Shown piece after piece: positions 10,169 through 22,311 of a stretch of 64,000 nucleotides of DNA. Numbering within the stretch: the first letter of the stretch is position 1; each line of letters starts with the position of its first letter. The position numbers were made by a program, and so were the translations under genes. The notes under the pieces are model-generated. The model was not told where the DNA came from. It worked only from the letters and a program-made list of their open reading frames with translations, and did no database searches. The stretch is from positions 1 through 64,000 of the forward strand of contig ADNK01000827.1 of assembly GCA_000320545.1 (NCBI GenBank), written 5' to 3'. Source of the stretch: Bigelowiella natans CCMP2755 (taxonomy: Eukaryota > Protista > Cercozoa).

Positions 10169-13100
10169 ATGAGTATGATCTATTTCCTTATATCCTTGAT
10201 CATATGGTCGAATGGAAGAGCAGGAGTCATCATCAGTGTGGAGGCAGGCACAGCGAGCTTTGCTCAGATCTTGAATGGCAGCTGTATCAACAGCTTTGAT
10301 CGATACGATATCTCTGCGCTCGATTGTCAGACCTGCGATCCCGCAGCAAACAAAGCAGTTTCAGATGATGGTGATCTCTGTACATGTGCAGATGGCTATA
10401 AGGTAGAATGTGGAAGTAGTAGCTATGGCAATTACGGAAATCGAGAATATAATTATGTCTTTGTCTCTCTTTCTCTAAAATTGACATTTTTAAACGTCAG
10501 AAGGTACAAGATAGTGGAACTTCAGACCTGTTCCAGTTCACCTGCACGAGTTGCCTCAGTTCCGAGATGGCTGCAACCCAGGATCGCTCTCGGTGTATGT
10601 TTTGTCAAAACTCTACATCGAGCCTTGATACAAATAGTGGCGACTGTGTTTGTCGGAGCGATAATCATGTTCTGGTAGAGAAGGATGAAGCCGGAAACTG
10701 GTTAGCTAATAAGACTTGTGTCGCCTGTCCTACAAATACGAAAGTTCTATCTTCAAATCCCTACGAATGTGCTGCATGCTCTCATCCTGATGCAGAAATG
10801 GGGTCGGACGGGTCCTGTACCTGCAACTCTGGCTACACGCAAGCTGGTAATGACTGGTGCGTCCTTAGTAGCGACGCCTCTACAATCCTAGGCAGCTACC
10901 CTTTAGCAACCGCATCCGAAATCCAGTATAGCAACGTTATTGCTCAGTTTGGAGACTCTCCATCCTCTCTCTCTGTTAGCAGTTATGTTTTTGAGCAGAT
11001 GTTTCTAGCTGCTGCTTCGGAATGTACAAACGACCGCAATCGAACTGCTTGTAACGCACTGGCGAATATGTGCGCCGCAGCTGGATTCGTGAAAGGCCAT
11101 CCCACGTGTGCAATTCCCCAGAACGTCGTTACAACTGCGAGTACGAACAAATTAAATGCTACACACAACTTTGAGGAATGGGTCGATTCGGCACCTCTTC
11201 TCTTCTACACAGCAGATACAAAAAACGCAGATGCTCTGAACTTCACAGTGGAGGTCGAAAGCCAGCTGCGCTTCTTGCTTGCAATATATAGCTTCAATGG
11301 GACTTACAAGGGCTTTGAGGAACTCGATGGTCATCTACAGCTGTGCGGGCGCAATCCCAACGAGCTGCAGAACTGGCAATTGATCGGTACGTCCTATGAG
11401 AGCAATTGCGTTGCAGATTTACAGAAGACCATCGAGGGAAAAGACGGCACAGACTTCTACTCGCTCTTCGTCGCCAACCCATCCCTCACAACCATATATC
11501 CTGTTCCGATACAAATCGACGGGTCTGATGATTACGTTGGAAGATTCTTCATCTTGGACGTAAACAGTTCCATAGCAACCACCGGAGCGAGCCCAACCCT
11601 GGTGCAGTGGGCATCGTCGATAGAAATCGATATTCATGTTCAGGATGGGGCCTCGGATCTTCTATACCCCCCTGTCTTAAAGATCAAATATGCTCAGAGG
11701 CCATTGAGCAGCATCCAGGATGGTGGAAAAGGCGCAGAAGCGAAAGTTTACTTTAAAGTGAACTACACTGGTTCGTACGATGACCTCTGGCTAGCTGGTA
11801 CGGTCCTCTTTTCGCTCGGTGTAGTGGCAGTGATCTTCATTTGGATGGTGAGGACTTACGTGTCTTGGCGTCTTGATTCTGTGGCTATTTCACAGCTTTC
11901 TACCGGGAAGATTCTTCGTATATTTGTGTCTCTAGTGGAACTTGGAAGCAACATGCTTCTCATGGTGGTGTGTATGCTCTCCACCATTGCGTTGGTTCTT
12001 TTCAAAGGTCAAACGACCCTCTTTGTACTCTTACCGCCAAACGGAAGCCAGGAAGTTCAGGCCTTCTACGCAACGGTTCTCTTCATCTTCTTTGGATATC
12101 TTCTGGGACTGACCATTCGAATCTGGGAGCAGCTTCATTCAGACGTCTTCTTCTTCGACTGGGAGAAACCTAAGCACTATGCAGCTGCTGATGGCGACGA
12201 AGACGGGAGAGCTGACTCGAAACGATCGAGCGCGAGCGTGAGCGTGTGGCGCAGAATACTTGTGGTGAACAAGTACACCGAACTACAGAGCTCACGTCTT
12301 ATATCGGTGCCTTATGCCATATTTGTGATCATCTTCCTCCTACTGGCTCTTCGTCTCTATAATCTAGCCCTCAACATGCCTTCTTCAGACCTGGGTAGAG
12401 AAGGTGTTCCCATCCATCCGTTTCTGCGGTTTGCTGTGGTGTTTCTGGCTTGGCTCATTGCTGCTGGTGGGCAGCTCTTCTTTCGTACCATGTGCTTCCA
12501 AAAGTACGTGGTTGACCAGTCTTCTGTGTTGGTGGACCTTCTGCATTCCGCGAACATCAGTTGTTTGATCCTTGACTATCGCTACCACGGCTTCTATTTG
12601 CATGGGAAAAGTGTCCACACCCACACAGATACAGATCTCGAGAATCTTTCAAAGCAGATTTCCAACGAGACGAGGGCGCTTGTGAGAGAGCGCGGCTTGC
12701 TACCAGGAAAGGACACGTTTGAAATCTTCTTCCACCCACGATTTTGCCGTCACTATGAAAGAATCTACAAGCGTCATTACCGCCGCAATTTACTCCGAAC
12801 GCAAAGAATCCGACGTGACATGCGCCGGGCCGCCGACGCCGCAGGCAGCATCCAGAATGGGCAGGGGAGAAACGAAGACCATGCTTCCGAGATGAGAAAC
12901 AAAACTGCTGATGCGAAAAAAATGAGTTCAGCCGAGGAGAGGCTCACAAAGAGGCTGATCCAGGTTTCAGGCAATTTCGAGAAGTTTCTCAAGGACTTCA
13001 TCCTAGGGAACCATCCAGAGTTCACTTGGCAGGAACAACGACAGACTTTCTGTATGAAGTTCTTTGGCCTTCCACCGCACATGCAGAGTGGCTTTGATGC

Positions 13101-13709
13101 GACTTATGGATTTTCGAGCATTTGCGGGTGTGCCGAGGATGAATACGTCAACGATGATGAAGATGACGATGGCGACCGTGAAATGGAGGATAACAAGGAT
13201 AACAGGCAGACAGCCAAATCAAAGAACACGGTAGCACGTTATTTTTATATTCCACCTTGAAGGTACAAATATTTACTTCCCATTTACGTAAAAGGTCGCT
13301 GACAACTGGGCAAGAGGCCCTCCAATGTCCATTTTCTACCACGACTCTACCAATAAATTTAACTCCGTATTTCTGATGGGAATCGAACGACAGGTATTTT
13401 AGAGTTATAAACTTGCAACTCGAATAAGTTTCGAAGAATTCGACAAATCTCTTATGTGACATAATTCTGACTTGTTTCCAAACATGTGTTGAATTATCTG
13501 AAGTTTTCGTCGATTGTACATTAATGATTATTCAGATTATCACGTTCTTATTTCTGCTGCACGCCGTCATGGATCTATCGTTCGATAATACGCTCGCTTC
13601 CGTGCTGGTAGTGGGAGCCTCGAACTTAATAATCGAAAATGTGAGGGTACATTTTGGCAAAGATAATCTTTCAAAGAAAACTATGCTTCATGAGCGCTTT
13701 TTCCTTTAA
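10169..13709 (+). CDS. TMEM67: Meckelin (TMEM67/MKS3), ciliary transition-zone protein, about 4 exons
   Basis: Signal peptide and Cys-rich ectodomain; ACNALANMC; multiple TM helices; DVFFFDWEKP, SVWRRILVVN, VDLLHSANIS, GFYLHGKSVH; C-terminus FGKDNLSKKTMLHERFFL. Approximate exons 10169-10400, 10500-13230, 13295-13393, 13536-13709. Confidence 0.93.
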
Positions 13710-14375
13710 CCTAGCTCGAGTAAATCTCTTCATTACTCTGCTTTATACAAAGATAAAAATTTGGCGGCTACATGGCTCGCCAATAAATGTAAACCTAGAA
13801 AAAGCATGTTTGCCAAAAACATAGAGTTTAATGCTATGGCCTTGAGGGTTGTTAAAATGAGAATGAGCACATCTGCTTGCGCAAAATGTGATGCACTGCA
13901 TGTGAACATCGGACGCGAAGTCGTTGTCTAAGGGTTCATGTGAGCCATATTATGTCTTCGATGCATTGCTCATTGCAATGATCATTGCAGCACATGGCGA
14001 TGTCATGTGCAGTGAGCAAGCATGGCATGTCACAGTCAGCATCTTGTTTTAGCGCACATGTCGCAATGAGCAGCTTGAACACATTCGTGGCCGCACTCAC
14101 GTCGCTCTGCTGTCGATCGACATTACAGCTCAATGCCGATCGCGTGACGCATGCATGGTACGTGTTTCGCACTGTCTTTGGTCTGCTAGCTATCTAGTTG
14201 ATTGACATGTTGGCACTGTTTTTAGTAGCCATGTGCACGTCAGTAGATGACAGCTGGGCAGGACATCGCATCGTTCCGTGGATTTTTCCTCCCAATGCTA
14301 GTCGTCGCTTGCACAAAAAGCGTTAAACATTGAAAGCATCACTGCTCATGAGAACTCAGAGCTGTGAGACAATGT

Positions 14376-16141
14376 TCAGTGCAGACAGAGCACATCGGGA
14401 GTCTGTAAGAGTAAGCCCTGTCTCACAGAATCTAAGGTTGGATTTGAGGTAGACTTATTCGCAACTGGAGTCTCAATAAGGCTGTTGGACATGATATTAG
14501 AGCTAGTATTTTTATCAATGGGTGGTGATAGAGATCTGTTCAGAAGCCATGGAGGGGGGGTTGGTATATCTGAGGAAGTTTCAGGAAGCGAAGATGTTTT
14601 CCAGGATTCCGAAGTCGTGAGCCAGGGAGCGGGTGGTGTTGGAACCAAATCCTGTTGTTTTATGGTTCGATTGTGTAATTTTTTTGAGGAATTTGCCGAA
14701 GTGCTGTTCACTGCGCCTCGTTTATAATGTATCTATTTACCTCTCGCCGAATTAGAAATTCGCTATTTTTTTCAAAATGCGAAAAATGTACTTAGTGTAT
14801 GTTGTCCTCTCCCTCGCACACACACACACACACACATTGATATATAAAATGGAAAATAGTTCTCGTATAAATGCAGAATACCAGAGGTAAAGGAGAGGAA
14901 AGGGATGAGGCTGTCGTTGTGAGGAAATGATCATCGATGGAAAATTGATTATCGTTGGTCTCCTGCCTGTACTCGCTGGCCTTCCCGACCTCAGTGAGAT
15001 TTTGGTGCATATGTGTTTGGGTAACTATGGCCGACAATTTTGCGGTTTCTTTTTCTTCGACAGAAGTGGAAGCTTTATCAGCACACCTTTCACCACTTCC
15101 AGTTCGTCGCCGTCTTTCCGCCTGAATTTTCTTCAAGCATTTTCCCCAAATTCCTTGATTTTGTTGGCTACGTTTCCACCAAACACCTTCTAACCCAACC
15201 AAACATTTCTCTAGTCGAGCTACAGCATCATCTCCACATATTTCCACCACACCGTCAATCACTTCCTTTGTCGTAGCTTCTATTGCGTCCCAGCTATGTC
15301 TGACTTTAATGCCCGATACATACCAGTGTTCTTGGAGGAACGCTTCTAAGCAAACTGTTGCTATGTCGAGAGCACGAGCATCCTTCAACTCCATAAGCTT
15401 TTTCTCAAAGCACTGTTTTCTCAATATTTTTTCGATGCAGCTCATTACGTTGAAAGCATGCCGGCTAAGACGTTTCGGGTTCCATGAAGATTTGTCGACG
15501 CGACACTTCCTCCTCACCTGCTCAGCGAGTTTCGGCAACGGGAGAGGTTTCAGGCTAATCTTTCTCTTCTTCAAGACGATGCAGCCGTCCTTCCCAATAA
15601 CCGGTCTATCAGTCCATGGGTCAGTTACAACATTGCGAGCGTAGTCGTTGAGACCAGCGTTCCCATATTTATCTTTACCGAGCCGAATTATCAAATCGAT
15701 TCGCTTGCCACTTGTTCGCAGGCCACGAACCTTCAGAAGTCTTTTTATCTCCTGGAAACATTAATTCGCGCGCGCGCGCGCACACACACACATAAATTTA
15801 TGAATATGTACATAAAGAGAGGGGGAGGGGGGGGGACCTGAAGGATGGGCCCTTCGTTGGCGAAATCCTTTGTGAATTCGTGGTTCAGTAGACGTGCTAT
15901 GAGCTCCTTTTTCGTTCCAGAAACTTTCATATTGACGGCTTTCAAAAGATCTTTCAGGTCTTCCACTTTCAACTGTTATCAACATTTTGAATCGACTTAA
16001 AGTTATGCAATTACTTCTGTCGAAAAACAAATCGATTCGAACGTCTCTATAAAACACAAGAGTTTAACAATATTTTTGAATTACTTTCTCGAAGAAGTTT
16101 TTCTGCTGCCTTTTTCGTTTTTTGGGGTTCTTTGAAGACAT
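14376..16141 (-). CDS. Protein with two SAP (DNA-binding) domains, multi-exon
   Basis: SAP motifs LKVEDLKDLLKAVNMKVSGTKKELIARLL (~15885-15975) and EIKRLLKVRGLRTSGKRIDLIIRLG (~15675-15750). Basic first exon MSSKNPKKRKK; long exon inside ORF 14792..15694. The 3' end is uncertain. Confidence 0.65.
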
Positions 16142-17018
16142 GATCAATCCCTGTCGCTGCGCCTTGCAACTATCTTGTAAGAGCAGTTTGACGAATGGGG
16201 CTGGGGACGCGGAGACACAGTTACAAGTAGAAAGCCTTCTTTCTCTATCTACGACATCTTTTACCTACAAATTTTGGTACTAATCGAGGATTTGGTGGAA
16301 GTATGAAAAAGCGTACAGCAGGGCGCGCTTTTCTATGTTGAAAACAAGGTAAATTTCGTCTGTACGACATCTCTACTCTTGGAACACAGAAACGGAAACG
16401 ACGTCTAAAAAACACCTGTATAAATACTGCTGCGTCAGAAGGAAGTTGAAGTCGCCCTTCAATTTTCAGGATCCAATAGCAAGATAATATTAAGATCTAT
16501 ACCGGAAGAGGCAGAAGGAGGAAATTGGATGCAGAAAAGAAAGATGTGGTTGATCACGACAAAATTGACAATTGATGATGCATTTTGAAAATATGATACT
16601 TTAATATGATTTCGTATGAATGATTAGAAATTACTCATATTGTCGTATGTTCAAAATGTAACTTGGTACCCAATTTGATCATTGTCGCAGTCTAAAAATC
16701 CGATTGTATTTCCACAATCGGCTCGGCTTTGGATGAGAAGGAGAAGGAATCTCTACCAAAACAGACACACCGATTGTATAAAGACACAACCCATTAGGCT
16801 TCGCAATCGCCCTTCACCCGCAACCACGCGGAAGTTTATCACTACCATGACTAAGATAGGGCATCTTTGATCATTAAGGGAGACGTTCAAGTGACTAGAT
16901 CTGGATCTGTGGCTTTTTCACGATGGACTTCATAACTCGATAAAATGATGGGGATCCTCTCTCTCTCTCTCTCTTACACACACACACAAACACACACACA
17001 CACACAGAATGAGAAAGT

Positions 17019-17021
<3 letters not shown>

Positions 17022-17070
<49 letters not shown>
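17022..17070. repeat. (GA)n microsatellite preceding the tRNA-like element
   Basis: Visible perfect run. Confidence 0.9.
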
Positions 17071-17074
<4 letters not shown>

Positions 17075-17093
17075 GGTTAGGGAAAAGAATAGA

Positions 17094-17306
17094 GATCCCG
17101 ATTGGGTAAATGGCACTGACCAGCAGCAGCATATGTTCACTATGTTCACTGCTGTTGGTCATGGTGCATGAGGTTCGACTCCTCGTGGGATCGCGACGGG
17201 GGCATCTGGACGGCTAAAATCGGATGGGATTTGCCCCTTCAAAGCTTGAGGTGTCTTCCCATTGTGGAGGGCTTAAAAGATGGTGTGTGATTCCGCTTCC
17301 TCAAGG
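17094..17306 (+). ncRNA. tRNA-derived Pol III-type structured element (SINE head or ncRNA), not a canonical tRNA
   Basis: GATCCCG (17094) pairs with TGGGATC (~17186). A-box-like TGGGTAAATGG; perfect B-box/T-arm TGAGG-TTCGACT-CCTCG; long hairpin TGACCAGCAG...CTGTTGGTCA in place of the anticodon arm. Two further stems follow (GGGGCA...TGCCCC and CTTGAGG...CCTCAAG). Confidence 0.55.
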
Positions 17307-17397
17307 TAGCTACTGGTGATCGAGAAACCAATATGACATATTTCATGTTCTACATAGTCTTCCAAATAATATCTATGAATCAACATTTCATCATCTC

Positions 17398-17736
17398 TCA
17401 TGAAAAATTCTGTGTTATAGTACCTGCAAAATATATTCTTTTGTATTTTTCATTATTATGATATAATTCGATAATACGCCTTTCACCTTCAACTGTGAGG
17501 CTTAATCGGAATTTCGTTAATCTGAAGTTATTCAAAATTTTATTATAATCCATACCAAATGTATATTTTTCAAAATATAAATTATGTTTCGATAATGAAG
17601 TAGTTTTTTCAGACTTATTACTATAATTTATTGTTAATAATAATTCTTCTGTTACTAAATCTAATATTTGATTTACAATATGATCTTTTGAATAATTATA
17701 TATTTTTAAGGTATTTTTATTAGACTCCCCTTCCAT
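17398..17736 (-). pseudogene. Intronless ORF fragment in an AT-rich foreign-looking island (viral or organellar origin suspected)
   Basis: 112-aa N/K/I/Y-rich ORF. The island (~17330-17900) is roughly 20-25% GC (one 60-nt line counted at 18%), far lower than neighbouring exons. No family recognised. Confidence 0.4.
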
Positions 17737-18062
17737 TTTCCATTTTTTTTTCTGTGAATAATCTAGTTCCTTTCAACAATTTTGAGTTTTGATTTATGAA
17801 TTCTTTGTATAAATGATCACTGTGTTTTAAGAATGCTCTCTTAATATTATGATATAATAATTAATGCATATTGTGTGTCGTGTTTTGATATAGTCCATGA
17901 AATAAATTGCATTTTTTGTCGAATTAGTCACTGTGTCTTTTTTCCCATCAAAGCACGGTCAGTCAAAGCACAGTCAGCCAGTGGTACCATCTGCATGTTC
18001 ACGTCTTGATGACACATTTATCTATGCACATGCAAAGTGCCTTGTGTCTGACTCGCACTTCA

Positions 18063-18467
18063 GGCCAGAGCCCCCCCTATAGAGCCCCCCCCCCATATAC
18101 AGTATATAGGGTGGCTCTGGCCGTGTGTCTCGAGTGTGTTCATGTAAAATAATTCATCAGTGCATTTACTCTTTCATAACTCCACGTATACCAAACAAAT
18201 GTACGCACATGTGCTAGCATGCAGTACAGCTCGCAGCATTGCCTGCAATGCGCACGCAATGGTATACATGCAATTGTGCAGTACTCATCGCGGCAATGCA
18301 TCGGGATATAGGGATCATCATATGTGCGTGTACTATACATGATATCTGGTACAGCGAAATTATTGACATGAGTTGTGTACTATACACGGCCAGAGCTATA
18401 GCCCCCCTATACATATAGTACTGAGAGCCTATTAGGGCTCTCTGAGTACATAGGGTGGCTCTGGTCC
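18063..18467. mobile_element. Two short MITE-like inverted-repeat elements
   Basis: GGCCAGAGCCCCCCCTATA...TATAGGGTGGCTCTGGCC (18063-18122) and GGCCAGAGC..CCCCCCTAT...ATAGGGTGGCTCTGG (18388-18464). The second has an internal palindrome GTACTGAGAGCC-TATTA-GGGCTCTCTGAGTAC. Confidence 0.55.
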
Positions 18468-19051
18468 AGGAACGATTCAAGTTGGAATTTAACTTGTTCG
18501 TGAGAAAACCGCAAAAGCTTGATAAGAAACCAATCTAGCTATGATGAACGACTATACGACACTCTGCGATGCAGGAGCAAGAGCTGCATGCTACAAATTC
18601 TCTGAGGGATAAAAATGAAAACCGATGGTGGAAATCCAAGCACGCCATACAATTAGATATTTACGTTGAAGCTGAGTAACATCTAATAACACGCACAGGC
18701 TGCGGCTAGCATTATGCGCCATCGTCATGTAAGATGCGTGCTTCCACATGTGTGCGATGTGTGCGATGTGTGCATTGTGAGTGCATGCGTATGATACACG
18801 CCAGAAACTCTCCACGGAAACCATCTACATGTAGGCATGATGAGATAATTGTTTTAAAAGTAATTTTACGGCGCGTAGAGAACTGGACAATGTGGACCCG
18901 TGCGCAGGATTTATTTTTCAAATTTCTATTATTTCTGGAAATGTCTGTTAAAATGAGACTGCACCATGAAGCCAAAAACGAATGTCGATGAAATTTCTCC
19001 AGATTTGCCATAACTTATGGCTAGAACAAAGTTTCAATAAACCAAGAAGCT

Positions 19052-19996
19052 TCATTTTTTATCAAACACTCCTGTTGTGCTAAGAATTACAATGATAATC
19101 ACTCCCACGACCAACAATGCCAGTGTTGCACATATGCACATCTTCTTCCGTGCAGCAAGATTATACTCGGCTGCTTTTTGGAGCTCCACAACTGCCTCCC
19201 CGGTATATTCTTTCGCAGATGCAACGTGAGCGGTGATGTTATCTATGGTTTCTTGTTGTGCATCTACAAGGGTTGCCATTTCCTGGAACATAGTTAAGAT
19301 TTCTTTGACACCTCGGTTGATTTGGGCCACTTCATCCGCTTGTGCCATAAGACGTTGGAGTTCTTGCTGATCACCATCAAGGCGGGATTGAATGTACTGT
19401 TGGTCCATTCCCTTATCTATAAGGTCGTCTGCTTGCTCGTCTGTCATGTCCTCGCTGATGAACTTCAGATCCCGTTTCGCACGATTGCGAACTTTTGCTT
19501 TAAAGTTGTTTGCAAGACTACTGTATGTTTTGTTAGCCTCGTAGTACTTCTTCATGTAGAAGTGATACATGTTCAGTCTTATTTGCGACTTGACCGTCCC
19601 CGTTTCTTTTTCTTCAGCATTGATGGCCTCAATTTTATCTTTGAGCCCACCCTTGTCGATCATCGCTTCCTTCAGTTTACGAGATTTTGCTCTGGATCGC
19701 TTTAGCAACTTCTCTACTTTCGAGATGATCTTGTTTTTCCTTTCTTCGTTGAAGACATTATCTATTTCCTCCTTTGCGGCTTGAATTTCTTCGCTGACTT
19801 CTTCCAAATACGTAATATCTGCTGCAACAGGATCGAATCTCTTCAGCTCGTTGACAAACTTGTTGTATTCCTTATTTTCTTTGTCATCATCATCACATTC
19901 CTCCAGGTCCGAGAACTTTCTATCGGACTGTTCGCCGATTTCTTCTTGCAGGTAGAGGTTAAGAGTTTCGAGATGTGAGCGCACCTGGGCGGACAT
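19052..19996 (-). CDS. Plasma-membrane-type syntaxin (Qa-SNARE)
   Basis: Habc-like helices; SNARE motif EILTMFQEMATLVDAQQETIDNITAHV with zero-layer Q; ARKK followed by a C-terminal TM helix. Single coding exon. Confidence 0.92.
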   Translation of the reverse strand: MSAQVRSHLETLNLYLQEEIGEQSDRKFSDLEECDDDDKENKEYNKFVNELKRFDPVAADITYLEEVSEEIQAAKEEIDNVFNEERKNKIISKVEKLLKRSRAKSRKLKEAMIDKGGLKDKIEAINAEEKETGTVKSQIRLNMYHFYMKKYYEANKTYSSLANNFKAKVRNRAKRDLKFISEDMTDEQADDLIDKGMDQQYIQSRLDGDQQELQRLMAQADEVAQINRGVKEILTMFQEMATLVDAQQETIDNITAHVASAKEYTGEAVVELQKAAEYNLAARKKMCICATLALLVVGVIIIVILSTTGVFDKK

Positions 19997-20798
19997 CTTC
20001 CTGCAGGAAAGGTTACGTATGAGCGAATAAGTTTCGGACGGTGAGAGAAAATTTTCTAGCTGAGAAGGGATCGTGAAAATGACCCAATGCTACATAACTA
20101 GATCTCCGCCTCTCCAAGGCAAAACACAACAACACTGAACACAATCACTCTCTCTGTCTCTCTCCCAGAGAGAGGGAGGGAGAGAGAGAGAGCTTGCCAA
20201 GCAAAAATGGTGAAGCACAAAGAGAAAAGATGAATTTTCAGGATTGTAGAGATAGAGATATAGAAAGAGGGTCAGTGGGGGGAAAGGGCAAGTCTGTCAC
20301 AAGCATACGCACCGGAACGCCGGGGGGGCACGAAGTCTAGTATCTAAGCCACATATCAACCAAAATAATTCGAAATTTACAATAATTAGATCCTATTTAA
20401 TGGATAACTCAGTAGAATTTGTTGTCGTTTAGACAAATATCAAGCACCGTTTCCGGCTTGCTAACACGTGAAATCCATGCATTCGATATCTTATCCGCCA
20501 GTAGCGGATAGTATCTGCACTAGTATCTGATTTTGTAAGATTGTTGTAGTTGTTGTGCAACATTACCAGGATTACTCTCTTTTTTGTTGTTCTACAGGAT
20601 GACCTGGTAAATTCTATTCGGTAATAATGGCATTGACTCGGTATAGCAATGTAGTGACTAACTGGCTAAATATGTTCATGTTAAAAATGCATATGATTCA
20701 GAATCTTAGATGTTTTTAGTTAATAATTTAGTCAAGTATAGCATGAAATCAGACGCACGGTCGAGCCAAGGATCGAAACAGGCATCAGGTTGCCTGTC

Positions 20799-21551
20799 AT
20801 GGCGGAGTCATCAGAACGACCTTCTGGGCAACCCAAGGCTGCCCATGAAAGCGCCACTCCTGGTCAAATACGACCTCGCACTTCAAAGGGGATCGGATCA
20901 AAGAGGAAGCAAGGACCGAAGAGTTCGGATATTAGCTCAAGGGAGAAGAGACTGCGCAAAACTATAGAGCCCACAGACGCAAACTGTAAGAGAAAAAAAT
21001 GTAGAAAGAGAGTCAGGACCAAGAGAAAATAGAAAGTGTTGTGTATAGCTTAGTACTAAAGTGCGAATTTTAGATGTCAGTATGTGTATGTGTGTGTATG
21101 TGTATGTGTGTGCCTTTGTTGTGTCCGTCTGTCCGTGCATTGTTGGTGTGTGTTGCTTTTAAATAGATACACAAATACTGGCGACCCTTTTATTAATATT
21201 TGCGTGCATTAACTTTAGTAAAGACCTTGATGTATGCTCGGGGTGATGACAAAGAACCGCTCCAGGAATCAGTGGACCTTTTGAAGGGAATGATATGCGA
21301 ATTCATCAGGAGTATGGTAATCTTACTTGTTGCACATTTTTAATTGCCATGATTCAACATCGATGCGGAACAATTATTTTCAGATTCAAGATGCACTAAA
21401 AATAGCTCCTCGTGACAACCATGTGAATCTTTCACATATCAAGTATGCGCTAAGAAAGGATCGCCCGAAAGCATTTGTGGCAGAGAAAAGATATACCCAT
21501 TATAAAGAGTTGGAAAAGGAAAGACGCAAGGCTACAAAGTTTACGTTCTAG
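20799..21551 (+). CDS. TAF13: TFIID subunit TAF13 (histone fold), about 3 exons
   Basis: Exon ~21220-21316 KTLMYARGDDKEPLQESVDLLKGMICEFIRSM and exon ~21384-21551 ...HIKYALRKDRPK...KELEKERRKA match the TAF13 motifs MMYGFGD..P..ESVD and LIRKDPRK. Confidence 0.8.
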
Positions 21552-22311
21552 TAGATTAATAGCAGAACTAGTAGATATATACATAGGCAATGACTTTTTC
21601 AACATGTTTACTGAGAGTCAATAGTAGATCATCACAGAGAGCTAAATGATAAATGTTTGTTATTTTCTGATGGGATACGCGGCTTGTTGTGGCATGCTCC
21701 CTTAACCAAATATCTCTACCCAATTGCTTGCTCACTCATATTCGCATCATTCATGCCATCACAATGGTGCCACATAGCATTGCTGGTGCGTAGATGTCAA
21801 TATGTGTTCACACGCGCATTCATTGCAGTTTAATCCGGACACGCAAACGTGTACATGAGAAATAGTTTTATTAGACCGATCGCGTGTGTATAATTTGCAT
21901 ATACTATTGCTGAAAATTTAACGATTCCGATGGAATACGAACTGTCATTACATGTCTAGATGTATGTGCAATATGCTGGAATATTGCAAGAGCATTGCTA
22001 CTCATTTTGCCAGTACTAGAGTATGTAGGTAGCGTGAAGCCATGCATGCATGCTGGCATGTGCAATGTGCATGGCAGTCTATTGTAATAACTAATGTATA
22101 AACATGCATAATGCTTTTAAATGTGGCAGATGCGGTCGAATGTGTTGAGTATAATTTCGATATTGATTCGAAGCAATTCGCAATTGGCGCCAACGGCGGG
22201 GCCACAATGTTGCTAGCCTAATCATCATTGTAGAAAATAAGACTTTAGGGGTAGGGTTAGGTACACATAAGTTACAGGCATGATTCACATTTCGATACGA
22301 TTTTGTCAAAA

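Noticed and set aside
16190-16580. Possible small plus-strand gene with splice-like sites
   Set aside because: I could not assemble a convincing frame or recognise a domain; it may be a remnant.
17094-17193. Functional tRNA (including tRNA-Sec)
   Set aside because: No canonical D-stem or 7-nt anticodon loop with U33; kept only as a tRNA-like element.
17305-17330. Hammerhead-like core (CTGGTGA-TCGA-GAAAC)
   Set aside because: Mismatch in the CUGAUGA core, and stems I and II are too short.
22243-22261. Telomere-like TTTAGGGGTAGGGTTAGG
   Set aside because: Only about three degenerate units; compatible with chance.
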